Below the pieces are notes generated by a model, which saw only the letters and a list, made by a program, of their open reading frames with translations, was not told where the DNA came from and ran no database searches. A DNA stretch of 64,000 nt. Origin: Promineifilum sp. (GTDB taxonomy: Bacteria > Chloroflexota > Anaerolineae > Promineifilales > Promineifilaceae). Made by a program: the position numbers and the translations under genes. Positions within the stretch are counted from its first letter, which is position 1, and each line of letters opens with the position of its first letter. The stretch covers positions 43,105 through 107,104 of the forward strand of contig JAGOBF010000012.1 of NCBI GenBank assembly GCA_017983515.1. The letters are read 5' to 3'. Positions 48,138 to 57,825 of this stretch are shown here, one piece after another.

Positions 48138-49649
48138 ATGAGTTGGCAGCCAAACCCACTTGAAGAACAACGATTGGAAAAATTGTCCCGCTTGCAGGCC
48201 CAGGGAATCGATCCCTATCCGTTGCGGGCGGAGCGCACGCACACCACCGCCGAGGCTGTGGCCGCCTTCGAGAGCGCGGCCGAGGGCGAGACGGTGCCGG
48301 TGACGGTCGTCGGCCGCCTGGTCAGTATGCGCGATATGGGCAAGACGATCTTCGCCCACATTGCCGACGAGCAAGGCCGCCTCCAGTTGTTTGTGAGGCG
48401 CGAGGATGTGGGTGAGGAATCACACGGCATCTTCAAGAAGCTCATCGATCTGGGCGATTTCGTCCAGGCCGGCGGCGAGATGTTTCGCACGAAGCTGGGC
48501 GAGGTCAGTCTCCACGTCCGCGAATGGACGATTCTGAGCAAGGCGATCAGTCCGCTGCCGGTGGCTAAGGAGCAGGAAGTGGACGGGCAAACCGTGCGTT
48601 ACAGTGCGTTCGCCGACGTGGAAGAGCGTTATCGCCAGCGTTACGCCGATCTGGCGGTCAACGCTGAGGTGCGCGATATTTTCCGCAAGCGTGCCCGTCT
48701 GGTCAGCGCCCTGCGTCGCTTCATGGATGACAACGGCTTTCTGGAGGCGGAGACGCCTATTTTGCAGCCGCTCTATGGAGGCGCGGCGGCACGGCCGTTC
48801 ACGACTTATCACAATCAGCTCAAGCAGGAATTGTTTTTGCGCATCTCCTTTGAACTGTATCTGAAGCGGCTGCTGGTCGGCGGCTTCGAGCGCGTCTATG
48901 AGATCGGCCGCGACTTTCGCAATGAGGGCGTCAGCTTCAAGCATAACCCCGAGTTCACCCAGTTGGAGTTCTATGCCGCATATTGGGACTATCATGACGT
49001 CATGGACTTCACCGAGCGGATGATCGCCTATGCTACCGAAACGGTATTGGGGACGACCGAGATCGCCTTTCAGGGTCACACCATCCGGCTGGGCGAGCCT
49101 TGGCAGCGCCTGACCATGCGCGATGCGATCAAGCAGTTCGCCGAGATAGACTATATGGATTTTCCTGATGGGCCATCACTGGCCGCGGCCGTCAAAAAAC
49201 TGGGCGGCGATGCCCCGCCTGATGCCCCCTGGGGCAAGCTCATCGACGGTTTGCTGGGCGATTTCGTAGAGCCGCGCCTCATCCAGCCAACATTCATTTT
49301 GGATTATCCACGGGACATCTCTCCCTTGGCCAAGAGCGTGCCTGGCGACCCGCTCCACGTCGAACGATTCGAGTTCTTCATCGGTGGCATGGAGATGGGC
49401 AACGCCTTCACCGAACTGAATGATCCCATTGAGCAGCGCCGGCGATTCGAAGCGTTACAAGAACTGTTTGGCCAGGAAGATGAGGAGCGCAACCCCATCG
49501 ACGAAGACTATTTGCGGGCCATGCGTTACGGCATGCCGCCTAACGGAGGCTTCGGTATGGGGGTCGATCGGCTGGCAATGCTCCTGACCGACAGCCGCAC
49601 GCTGCGCGAGGTACTGCTGTTTCCCCATCTGCGTGATAAAGAGGAATAA
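48138..49649 (+). CDS. lysS: Lysyl-tRNA synthetase, class II
   Basis: RYRQRYADL, GGAAARPF, FRNEG...HNPEFT, NAFTELNDP, YGMPPNGGFGMGVDRL. Confidence 0.98.
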   Translation: MSWQPNPLEEQRLEKLSRLQAQGIDPYPLRAERTHTTAEAVAAFESAAEGETVPVTVVGRLVSMRDMGKTIFAHIADEQGRLQLFVRREDVGEESHGIFKKLIDLGDFVQAGGEMFRTKLGEVSLHVREWTILSKAISPLPVAKEQEVDGQTVRYSAFADVEERYRQRYADLAVNAEVRDIFRKRARLVSALRRFMDDNGFLEAETPILQPLYGGAAARPFTTYHNQLKQELFLRISFELYLKRLLVGGFERVYEIGRDFRNEGVSFKHNPEFTQLEFYAAYWDYHDVMDFTERMIAYATETVLGTTEIAFQGHTIRLGEPWQRLTMRDAIKQFAEIDYMDFPDGPSLAAAVKKLGGDAPPDAPWGKLIDGLLGDFVEPRLIQPTFILDYPRDISPLAKSVPGDPLHVERFEFFIGGMEMGNAFTELNDPIEQRRRFEALQELFGQEDEERNPIDEDYLRAMRYGMPPNGGFGMGVDRLAMLLTDSRTLREVLLFPHLRDKEE

Positions 49650-49689
49650 ACCACGGCAGTAGCTGTTCCAGGAGGGTTATATCGCAGGT

Positions 49690-50607
49690 ATGAACAGCAA
49701 CATATCTTTCCGCCAGGCCACCCCTGAGGACACTTTTGCTGTCTTCCGCCTCTTTCTTTTTTCCGTGCGTGACCTGGCCTATCGTCAGGGGAACCGGACC
49801 CTGAATGACGGGCGGGATCCCGAAGTTATTGCTGCGGCCTGGGAAAAGCGCCAATCCATATTCGAGCACCTGACGCGCACAGCCCACCTCTTTTGGGTGG
49901 CGGAACGGGACGGGAGCCTTCTGGGCTATGCGCGGTCGATCCTCAGAGACGACGCGCTGGAGCTGACCGAATTTTTTGTTTCGCCCGATGCCCAGTCGGG
50001 CGGGATTGGTCGGGAGCTGCTGCGGCTGGCGTTTGATGGCGAGCGCGTCGGGCTGCGAACGGTCATCGCCTCGACCGATGTGCGGGCCCACTCTCTCTAC
50101 CTTAAATCCGGCGTCTATCCGTTGTTCCCGATTGGGCAATTCAGCCGCCAGGCGGAAGAAACGTCAATCGGAAGCGACTTGCATTTCGAGCCGTTGGACA
50201 ATTCGCCCGAGACGCTGGTTACTCTGGGCGGATTGGATGCGACTGTGCTGGGGTATCGCCGCGACATGGATCATCGATGGTTTTTCGGGAACCGCGATGG
50301 CTTTCTCGTCTATCGCGGCCGTGTTGCCGTGGGATATGGATACGTCAGCCGTGGCTTCGGCAGCGGGCCATTCGCCTTGCTCGAAGCGGCCGACTATCCG
50401 GCGGTGTTGGCCCACGCGGAGACGATGGTCGCGCGCTCGGATCAGTCGGAGCTAATCCTGCAAGCGCCGCTGATCAATCGCGCGGCCGTCGAGTACATGC
50501 TCGGTCGCGGCTATCGTCTGGACCCGTCCTTTATGTTTTTCATGAGCGACGGACGCGCGCATCGGATGGATCGCTATCTCATCACCAGCCCACCCTATTT
50601 TGTGTGA
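49690..50607 (+). CDS. GNAT family acetyltransferase (two-domain)
   Basis: FFVSPDAQSGGIGRELL, SLYLKSG, GPFA in second domain. Confidence 0.8.
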   Translation: MNSNISFRQATPEDTFAVFRLFLFSVRDLAYRQGNRTLNDGRDPEVIAAAWEKRQSIFEHLTRTAHLFWVAERDGSLLGYARSILRDDALELTEFFVSPDAQSGGIGRELLRLAFDGERVGLRTVIASTDVRAHSLYLKSGVYPLFPIGQFSRQAEETSIGSDLHFEPLDNSPETLVTLGGLDATVLGYRRDMDHRWFFGNRDGFLVYRGRVAVGYGYVSRGFGSGPFALLEAADYPAVLAHAETMVARSDQSELILQAPLINRAAVEYMLGRGYRLDPSFMFFMSDGRAHRMDRYLITSPPYFV

Positions 50608-50728
50608 ATAGCACACCGGATCAAAAATCACGGCTGCGTCGGGAGGGTGCCCGATGCAGCCGCGATGCTCACATGCCGACAGCAGATATTTGCGGCCGTG
50701 CTTCGGCCAGGATTGGCCTTCACAGGAC

Positions 50729-51280
50729 CTAAGCCGTCTGCTTCAGTTTGTCCTGGAAAGACTTGCGGAATTTGCGCACCTTCGGATCCACCACATAAAC
50801 GCAATAGGGCTGGTTGGGGTTGTTGGTGAAATAATCCTGATGATAGCCCTCGGCCTCGTAGAACGCTTCGAACGGGACGAGCTCCGTGACGATGGGGTCG
50901 GGCCACACGCGGGCAGCTTCAGCATCAGCGCGGGTGCGCTCGGCGGCCGCCTTCTGAGCTTCATCATGATAGAAGATCGCTGAACGGTATTGCGGGCCGG
51001 CGTCGTTGCCCTGCCGGTTGAGGGTCGTTGGGTCGTGGATGCGCCAGAATATATATAAAATGTCGTCATAGGTGATGACAGCGGGATCGTACCAAACCTG
51101 CACGACCTCGGCGTGGCCGGTACGCTTGCCGCAGACCTGTTCATAGGTCGGATTGGGGACGTGGCCGCCAGAGTATCCAGAAACGACACGCTCGACGCCC
51201 GCTACGTCGCGGTAGATGGCATCCAGGCACCAGAAGCATCCCCCGCCCAGGGTTGCCACCTCAAGATTTTGGGTCAACAT
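50729..51280 (-). CDS. msrA: Peptide methionine sulfoxide reductase MsrA
   Basis: GGGCFWC, GHAEVV, HDPTTLNRQGND.GPQYRS, AEGYHQDY. Confidence 0.97.
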   Translation of the reverse strand: MLTQNLEVATLGGGCFWCLDAIYRDVAGVERVVSGYSGGHVPNPTYEQVCGKRTGHAEVVQVWYDPAVITYDDILYIFWRIHDPTTLNRQGNDAGPQYRSAIFYHDEAQKAAAERTRADAEAARVWPDPIVTELVPFEAFYEAEGYHQDYFTNNPNQPYCVYVVDPKVRKFRKSFQDKLKQTA

Positions 51281-51650
51281 GATCTTATCTCCTTTCAGCG
51301 ATCGGTGATTCGCACGATCGATCTCGCTCGATCCACACCGTCACTGAATATGATAACAAGACCGAGCCTGTACCGGCGTTATATTTTGCCGTCGCTCATC
51401 TGTTATCCGTGTATCGTTTAGATGAGGCGTCGCTCTTTCGCCTTACCTTGCCCTATGGATCCAGACCCGGCATTTTATATTTGAAATGGGCCAGGCTGGT
51501 TTCCCTGCCTGGGTTCCCAATCCCGCTGTCCAGCCTTTGACTCGACCAGGTTGACGGACGACCTCGTTGCTCCTATCATGTGATCTAACGCGCAACTTTC
51601 TTGGTCGGATGACGTAATATTCATTAGCTTTTAATCAAGGAGCATCTATT

Positions 51651-52370
51651 ATGGACATAAATAAAGCTATTCGTTTTGTTATGGAAGACAAGCAGTGGAT
51701 TAGTAAACTGCTCATCGGCGCGTTGATGTCGGTGCTGGGTTTCCTGATCGTCCCGGCCCTTATCTTGCAGGGATATGTGGTGAAGATTATCCGTCAGGTG
51801 ATGAACGGTAATTGGGACGGCCTGCCGGAATGGGAGAACTGGGGCGATTTACTGAAGGACGGCTTCTTCGTGACCGTTGCCCAGTTCGTTTACACGTTGC
51901 CGTTCATTCTGCTGATGATCATCGGCGGAGCTGCGACCGGCGGTATGGCCAGCCTAACCGGCAGCGACGATCTGTCGGCTATCGCCGCCACGGGTGGCGG
52001 CTTGCTGCTGCTATGTCTGGTCATCCTCTTCGCCGTGGCGCTGCTTTTCCTGACGCCGGCGATCCTGATCCAGTACGCCATCAAGGATGATTTTGGCGCC
52101 TGTTTCCGCTTTGGTGAGGTATTCGGCATCATCCGCAACAACATGAGCGATATCCTGATCGCCTTCGTGGTCACGCTGGTGGCCGCGCTCGTCGTCACCC
52201 TGTTGATCGGCATTTTGAGCCTTATCCCTTGCTTGGGATGGATCGCCGCCTTCCTTATCGGCCTGGCGGTCGGGCCCTACATTTCGTACGTCGGCGGCCA
52301 CCTCTACGGCCAGATCGCGGCCAAGATATTGGGCAACAAGGCCGGCAGCTCGCTGTCCGGCATGGCTTAA
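51651..52370 (+). CDS. DUF4013-like membrane protein
   Basis: DKQWISKLLIG, GYVVKIIR, LPEWENWGDLLKDG, multiple TM; AAGGAG RBS. Confidence 0.82.
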   Translation: MDINKAIRFVMEDKQWISKLLIGALMSVLGFLIVPALILQGYVVKIIRQVMNGNWDGLPEWENWGDLLKDGFFVTVAQFVYTLPFILLMIIGGAATGGMASLTGSDDLSAIAATGGGLLLLCLVILFAVALLFLTPAILIQYAIKDDFGACFRFGEVFGIIRNNMSDILIAFVVTLVAALVVTLLIGILSLIPCLGWIAAFLIGLAVGPYISYVGGHLYGQIAAKILGNKAGSSLSGMA

Positions 52371-52392
52371 TAGCCACAGGTCGTGCAAAACG

Positions 52393-52426
52393 AACCCGCC
52401 CCCGATAATTTGGGGGCGGGTTTTTT
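52393..52426 (+). terminator. Intrinsic terminator
   Basis: AACCCGCCCCC-loop-GGGGGCGGGTT then T-tract. Confidence 0.88.
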
Positions 52427-52458
52427 GTTGTCGAGCTTTATCGAGTCATCCCGTTGGG

Positions 52459-53244
52459 CTAGAACAATCGACCCTGCTCCGGCGGCCCGGGGGCAACCTC
52501 CAGGCCCAGCAAGGCCTTGAAGCGGTTGGCGGTGGTCGGGGCATGGCCGGCGTAGTCGTCGTTGAAGAAAGCATAGGCAACCGGTGCGGCGTCGCTATGA
52601 GTGGCGGCCTGTTCGCGCCACTGTTGCAAGTCGGCCGTCTTGTCCAATACCTCGTGGGTCTTCTCGGTAAACTGCCCGTGGCGGCCCAGGAAGCGAAGGT
52701 AGAGGAAATCCGTCGTGCGCCTGATCTCCTTGGGCAAAAAGATGTAGTCAGCGGCGATCCAGCATACGTCATGCGCCCGGAGGATGGCCGCCGTCTCCTC
52801 GCTCCACCAGGAACGGTGACGGAACTCCACGGCGAAACGCAAATCGTGCGGCAGGCGCTCCAAAAAGGCGGCCAGATTTTCGCGCTCGCCCACCCCAAAG
52901 TCGGGCGGGAACTGGAACACGATGGGGCCAAGCCGCTGGCCCAGAAGCCGCATCGTATCGAGGAAGTTGTCCAGAATAGCGGCCGTGACCGGCGCCAGAC
53001 GCAGATCGTGGGTGATTTCCCGTGGCGCTTTGGGACAATATTTGAAATCATCCGGCGCGACGGCGCGCCAACGCTCTACGGTTGCCGCCCGTGGCGTGCC
53101 GTAGAAGGTCGAGTCCATCTCCAGCGCGTTGAACTGCGACACATAATAAGTCAACTGCTGGGCTTTCGGAAGCTTGTCGGGATAGAACGTGCCTTGCCAC
53201 GGCCTGTAGCCGAAGCCCATCGTGCCGATATACCAATCAGTCAT
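52459..53244 (-). CDS. DUF72 (YecE-like) protein
   Basis: IGTMGFGY.PW.GTFYP, EMDSTFY, FQFPP, AVEFRH.SW, YLRFLG, FFNDDYAG; GGAGG 7 nt before ATG 53244. Confidence 0.88.
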   Translation of the reverse strand: MTDWYIGTMGFGYRPWQGTFYPDKLPKAQQLTYYVSQFNALEMDSTFYGTPRAATVERWRAVAPDDFKYCPKAPREITHDLRLAPVTAAILDNFLDTMRLLGQRLGPIVFQFPPDFGVGERENLAAFLERLPHDLRFAVEFRHRSWWSEETAAILRAHDVCWIAADYIFLPKEIRRTTDFLYLRFLGRHGQFTEKTHEVLDKTADLQQWREQAATHSDAAPVAYAFFNDDYAGHAPTTANRFKALLGLEVAPGPPEQGRLF

Positions 53245-53264
53245 AGACATACCTCCGCACCTGG

Positions 53265-54239
53265 TCAGTCGCCGGCCGGGGCCGCAACTGCCGCGGGATA
53301 GACAGCCTCGGTCGGCTGAGACAGAGCGGCCGCGCCGAGCAGTACAAGGGCGATCCACATGAGATCGGCCACCAACAGGTGAACCAGTTGCATCCAGACC
53401 GGCACGTTGAGCAAGATGTTGAGCATCCCGGCGGCCAGTTGCACTATGACCAACACGCGAATCGCCCGCGAGAAAGCCAGTGACCCCATGCCCGGCCGCG
53501 CCGTCGCGATAGCCTTGCTGGCCCACCACATATAGATACTCGTGAGGACGGCGATGATCGGATGGTAGACGCGCAGCCGCACCAGAAAATGGGCCGTCGC
53601 CTCAAAATCCTGAGCGATGCCCTCGCGCAGCGTGCCGGAAGGGAAAAGCGTGTCGCCCAGGGCAGTTATGGCGCCACTGACGCCCAGGACGAGCAGTAAG
53701 ACCACCGCTCCGGCGAACAACCGCCCGGCGCGTCCTTGCTCGCGCCATTGCAGTTTATGATCGCCTTGCGCCCCGGCCCACCAGGCGGTCAGCGACACGG
53801 CCGCCAGCAACAGGAACGTGTTAATGAGATGGACGGCCATTGAAATGGCCCGCGCCACGGACTCGTTGTCGGCCACCCACTCGAATAGTACCAGCCCTGC
53901 GCCGACCAATCCTTCGGTGATGACGAAAAGGGCCGACAGGGCCGCCGCCCGGCGCACGATGTGGCCGCGCGGATAAAGTCGCCAGGCCCAGTAAAGCATG
54001 AACAGCACGAAGACCCCGGACAAGGCGCTGGTGAGGCGGTGAGTTAATTCGATGAGGGTTTCGATGCGGGGCGCGCGCGGGACGACGACCCCATTGCACA
54101 GCGGCCAATGGCTGCCGCAACCGGCCCCGGAGCCGGTTGCCCGGACAAACGCGCCCCACAGGACGACCAGAATCAGGAAACCCAGGACAAACCACGCATA
54201 ACGGGTGAAGTTATTCCTTTGGTTGAAGAATGTCGGCAT
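53265..54239 (-). CDS. ctaA: Heme A synthase (COX15/CtaA family)
   Basis: GSGAGCGSHWPLCNG Cys pair, IELTHRL, conserved His in TM helices. Confidence 0.88.
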   Translation of the reverse strand: MPTFFNQRNNFTRYAWFVLGFLILVVLWGAFVRATGSGAGCGSHWPLCNGVVVPRAPRIETLIELTHRLTSALSGVFVLFMLYWAWRLYPRGHIVRRAAALSALFVITEGLVGAGLVLFEWVADNESVARAISMAVHLINTFLLLAAVSLTAWWAGAQGDHKLQWREQGRAGRLFAGAVVLLLVLGVSGAITALGDTLFPSGTLREGIAQDFEATAHFLVRLRVYHPIIAVLTSIYMWWASKAIATARPGMGSLAFSRAIRVLVIVQLAAGMLNILLNVPVWMQLVHLLVADLMWIALVLLGAAALSQPTEAVYPAAVAAPAGD

Positions 54240-54302
54240 GATTGTGAATTATAGAACAGATTCGACGCCCGTTCCAAAGCCCGGATAGATTCCGGCGAAA
54301 CG

Positions 54303-56525
54303 TTAGGGGTCGGCTAAGTAATCGCCGATGGGATCGTCGTCGTCTTCCTTGACGAAGGATCGGCGCGTCTTGCCGCCGGTCTGTGGGTCGTCGACCAGGC
54401 CCATCTCGTGCAGGTGCTCCATGAGCCGGGCGGCGCGCGGGTAGCCGAGGCGCAGCCGGCGCTGTAAAAAGGAAACGGAGAGATTATCGTGCTTCCTGGC
54501 TAACTCGACGGCCGATTCCAACAGACTGTCGGTCTCGTCCAGCAGCGCATAGCGGGCGATGAGCGGTTCCCACGGCGGCGTCGCGGCCACGTGGTCGGGG
54601 AACGCCACTCGCCAATGGGCGACGACGCGCTCGATCTCTGTGTCGGTGACGTAGACACCCTGCACGCGGTCGGGCGCGGCAGCGTCGGGGGCCTGGAACA
54701 GCATATCGCCCTTGCCCATCAGATGCTCGGCCCCCACCATGTCGAGGATGACCCGCGAATCCGTGCCCGAGGCGACGGCAAAGGAGAGGCGGGCCGGGAA
54801 GTTGGCCTTGATCAAGCCGGTGATGACGTCGGTCGACGGCCGCTGGGTGGCGACAATCAAGTGGATGCCGGTGGCCCGCGCCATCTGGGCCAGGCGGCAC
54901 AACGTCCGTTCCACGTCGCCGGGATAGGTATGCATCAGGTCGGCCAACTCATCGATGAAGACGGCAATGTAGGGCAATCTAAGATGCGCCTTGCTGGCGG
55001 CGGCGAACTTGCGATTGTAGAGGCTGATATTCCGCGCGCTGACTCCCTCGAACAGTTCATAGCGCCGGTCCATCTCCGACGTGAGCCAGCGCAACACGCC
55101 CACGGCCCGGTCAGCTTCCACTTCGACGTTGCCGATCAGGTGCGGCAGGCCGTTAAAGCGGATCAGTTCGACCTTCTTGGGATCGATCATGACCAGTTTC
55201 AATTGCTCCGGTGTGTTGTTGAAGGCCAGACAGGTGATGAACGCATTGATGCATACCGACTTGCCGGAGCCGGTCGTGCCGGCAATAAGCAGGTGGGGCA
55301 GCTTGGCCAGATCCGTTGCCACCGGCTCGCCGGCCACATTGCGCCCCAGCCCGACACCCAGCGCGGAGTTGAGCCGGGCGAAGGCCGGCGATTCGAGCAG
55401 GCCGCGCAGACGAACGACGCTCGTCTGCCCGTTGGGCACCTCGATGCCGACCACATTGCGACCGGGAACCGGAGCCTCGATGCGCAGGCGAGACACGGCC
55501 AGCGCCAGCGTCAGGTCGCGCTGCAACGCGGCAATCTGCCCCACACGCACCTTCTGCTGTTTCATCTCGCCGTCCGGGCCGGGCCGGTCAACGTAGCCCG
55601 GCTCGACGCCGAATTGGGTGACGGTCGGGCCGCGTCGCACTTCAACGACCTTGGCCGGTAGGCCGAAGTCGAACAACGTATCTTCGATGCGCTTACTTTT
55701 CCAGGCGATCTCATCGCGAGCCTGGGTTATCGTCTCGCTACGCTCCAGCATGTCGATGGCGGGCAAGAGTGGATTGCGGCGGTTGGCGTCGCGGAAACCG
55801 TCGGCCTCGTCGATGAGACCGGCAGAAGTGGGGGAAGGGGGCGATGGGGCGGCCACGGGCGCGAGCGCACCGGCGGCCGGCCCGGCCGCGCCACGGCCGA
55901 CGACATCGATGCGATCCGGATCGACCCGGTCGGCCCAGGCTGACAGCCGGTCTGACGAGGCGACCAGACCCGCGCGCACATCGTCCCACGTGCGCCCGGC
56001 CAACAACATGAAGGCCCACGTGATGAGCAACACGTAGATCAGTATCGCCAGGAAGGGGCCGAAGAAATCGAACAGCGGTTCGGAAAGCGCCCAGCCGACC
56101 AGGCCGCCGCCACGGCCGACCGAGGCATCGACCAAGCTGTATCCGCCGGCCAGATGCCCCAGGCCCATCGCCGTGACGACGGTCAGACTGATGCCGACCA
56201 GCTTGGCCGGGGCGACTTTGAAAGAGCGACCTAGCCCGTCCAGCAGGAGATGCGTCCCAACAGCGGCCAATCCCAGACAGATGAAGAACGCTCCCCAACC
56301 GAATATTTGCCGCAGCAGCCTCGTCCACCAGTGCAGGATGCCGGCTTGGGATAACCCGGCCAAGGCCAGTAGCGAGATGAGGGCGAACAACAAGAGAAAA
56401 AGGCCGCCGACTTCCCGCCGCCGGCGGAGGATCTCGTCGACCAGACGCTCATCCCAAGATTCTGGGGCCGTCGCTTCCGGTTCAGGAGTTCTCTTCGCGG
56501 GTGGCTTGTCGGCCGAGCGCGGCAT
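54303..56525 (-). CDS. ftsK: DNA translocase FtsK/SpoIIIE
   Basis: N-terminal TMs, HLLIAGTTGSGKS, IDPKKVE, IDELADL, ATQRPS, gamma domain SFLQRRLRLGYPRAARL. Confidence 0.96.
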   Translation of the reverse strand: MPRSADKPPAKRTPEPEATAPESWDERLVDEILRRRREVGGLFLLLFALISLLALAGLSQAGILHWWTRLLRQIFGWGAFFICLGLAAVGTHLLLDGLGRSFKVAPAKLVGISLTVVTAMGLGHLAGGYSLVDASVGRGGGLVGWALSEPLFDFFGPFLAILIYVLLITWAFMLLAGRTWDDVRAGLVASSDRLSAWADRVDPDRIDVVGRGAAGPAAGALAPVAAPSPPSPTSAGLIDEADGFRDANRRNPLLPAIDMLERSETITQARDEIAWKSKRIEDTLFDFGLPAKVVEVRRGPTVTQFGVEPGYVDRPGPDGEMKQQKVRVGQIAALQRDLTLALAVSRLRIEAPVPGRNVVGIEVPNGQTSVVRLRGLLESPAFARLNSALGVGLGRNVAGEPVATDLAKLPHLLIAGTTGSGKSVCINAFITCLAFNNTPEQLKLVMIDPKKVELIRFNGLPHLIGNVEVEADRAVGVLRWLTSEMDRRYELFEGVSARNISLYNRKFAAASKAHLRLPYIAVFIDELADLMHTYPGDVERTLCRLAQMARATGIHLIVATQRPSTDVITGLIKANFPARLSFAVASGTDSRVILDMVGAEHLMGKGDMLFQAPDAAAPDRVQGVYVTDTEIERVVAHWRVAFPDHVAATPPWEPLIARYALLDETDSLLESAVELARKHDNLSVSFLQRRLRLGYPRAARLMEHLHEMGLVDDPQTGGKTRRSFVKEDDDDPIGDYLADP

Positions 56526-56531
56526 GGTGGA

Positions 56532-57572
56532 CTAATGCCCGGGCGCAGGATCGTTGCCGATCCCGCGTAACGAGAGGGCGATCCGTTTATTGCGCGGATC
56601 GACGGTGAGCACGCGGGCGGTCACTTGCTCCCCGGTGTGCACAACATCACGCGGATGCATGAAAACCCCTTCGGCCAGTTCGGAGATGTGAACCAGGCCT
56701 TCCAGTTCCTCTTCCAGGATGATGAAAGCGCCGTAGGTTGTGATATTGCCGACAATACCGGGCACGAGCTGGCCCGGCCGGTAGTTGGCTTCGGCCGTGG
56801 CCCAAGGGTCGGGATGCAGACGCTTGATGCTAAGGGCCAGACGAGCCGCTGCCTGATCAACGGTCAGGACGAGGACCTCAACGGCCTGGCCTTGACGGAG
56901 CAAGCTGCTGGGATGCACGACACGGCTCCACGAGATCTCCGAAATATGAACCAGCCCCTCTACGCCACCCAGATCGATGAACGCGCCGAAGTCGGTCAGA
57001 TTGGTGACGCTGCCCGTCCGCCGGTCACCCGGCCGCACGCCGTTTAACAGATCGGCGCGTTCGTCGGCAGCGACCAGCGTGGCTCGCTCGGAGAAGATCA
57101 ATCGGCTGTTGGATGGAGTGACTTCGATGATTTTGAGTCGCAGGACGCGGTCGTACCACTCGCCCAGCATCTGGTAGCGCTCGCGGGCAATATGGAACTG
57201 AGGAAAATCGATCAGCTGTGAGGCGGGCACAAAGCCTTGTATGTCGTTCCATTGAACGAGCAACCCCCCTTTGTTGTGGCCGATGACCTTCAGCTCGATG
57301 ATTTGATCCTCGGCGAGACACTGTTTAGCATACTCCCACGGATCGATGATCGGGGGCGGCGTGACAGGTACGGGCTGTGGGGCTACATACTGACCGTTAT
57401 CGGACGATGGAACGGGTTCCCCGGTCGTCTCGAACGAGATGGGTACGTCGAGCAACTCGGGTATCTCTTCCTTAGCGAAGATATCCTCCATTTGAAACAA
57501 GGCGGACCAATAGCCGTCATCCCTCGACTGCTCCGTGTGGAACCCTCTCCCGTTATCTTCGGTCATTGTCAT
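56532..57572 (-). CDS. S1 RNA-binding domain protein (second, shorter S1 paralogue, three S1 domains)
   Basis: NKGGLLV...[57 protein letters not shown]. Confidence 0.88.
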   Translation of the reverse strand: MTMTEDNGRGFHTEQSRDDGYWSALFQMEDIFAKEEIPELLDVPISFETTGEPVPSSDNGQYVAPQPVPVTPPPIIDPWEYAKQCLAEDQIIELKVIGHNKGGLLVQWNDIQGFVPASQLIDFPQFHIARERYQMLGEWYDRVLRLKIIEVTPSNSRLIFSERATLVAADERADLLNGVRPGDRRTGSVTNLTDFGAFIDLGGVEGLVHISEISWSRVVHPSSLLRQGQAVEVLVLTVDQAAARLALSIKRLHPDPWATAEANYRPGQLVPGIVGNITTYGAFIILEEELEGLVHISELAEGVFMHPRDVVHTGEQVTARVLTVDPRNKRIALSLRGIGNDPAPGH

Positions 57573-57704
57573 CAACCATTACGCCACGGACACAGCGCGG
57601 ACTTCCCTCGCACGTCATGCCCACATTGCCACCCCGGCGGCGGCCGTTTACCATTCAATTCGCCCGGTCACTCGTGGAAACGATACAACAGGACTCTAAA
57701 CTGA

Positions 57705-57732
57705 ATTATAAGGGTTGGATTAGGGCTGTCAA
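57705..57732 (-). promoter_or_regulatory. Consensus sigma70/SigA promoter of the second S1 gene
   Basis: Minus strand TTGACA-16 nt-TATAAT. Confidence 0.85.
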
Positions 57733-57825
57733 CCAGAGGAGGGGATTGCGAACGAGATATGGGAATTCGAGATCGGGGATATGGAGTATAGGGTATGGTG
57801 GCTGGATTGGTATAATCGACGGTCT

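Noticed and set aside
53245-53529. N-terminal extension of the DUF72 ORF
   Set aside because: Overlaps ctaA in another frame; GGAGG supports ATG 53244
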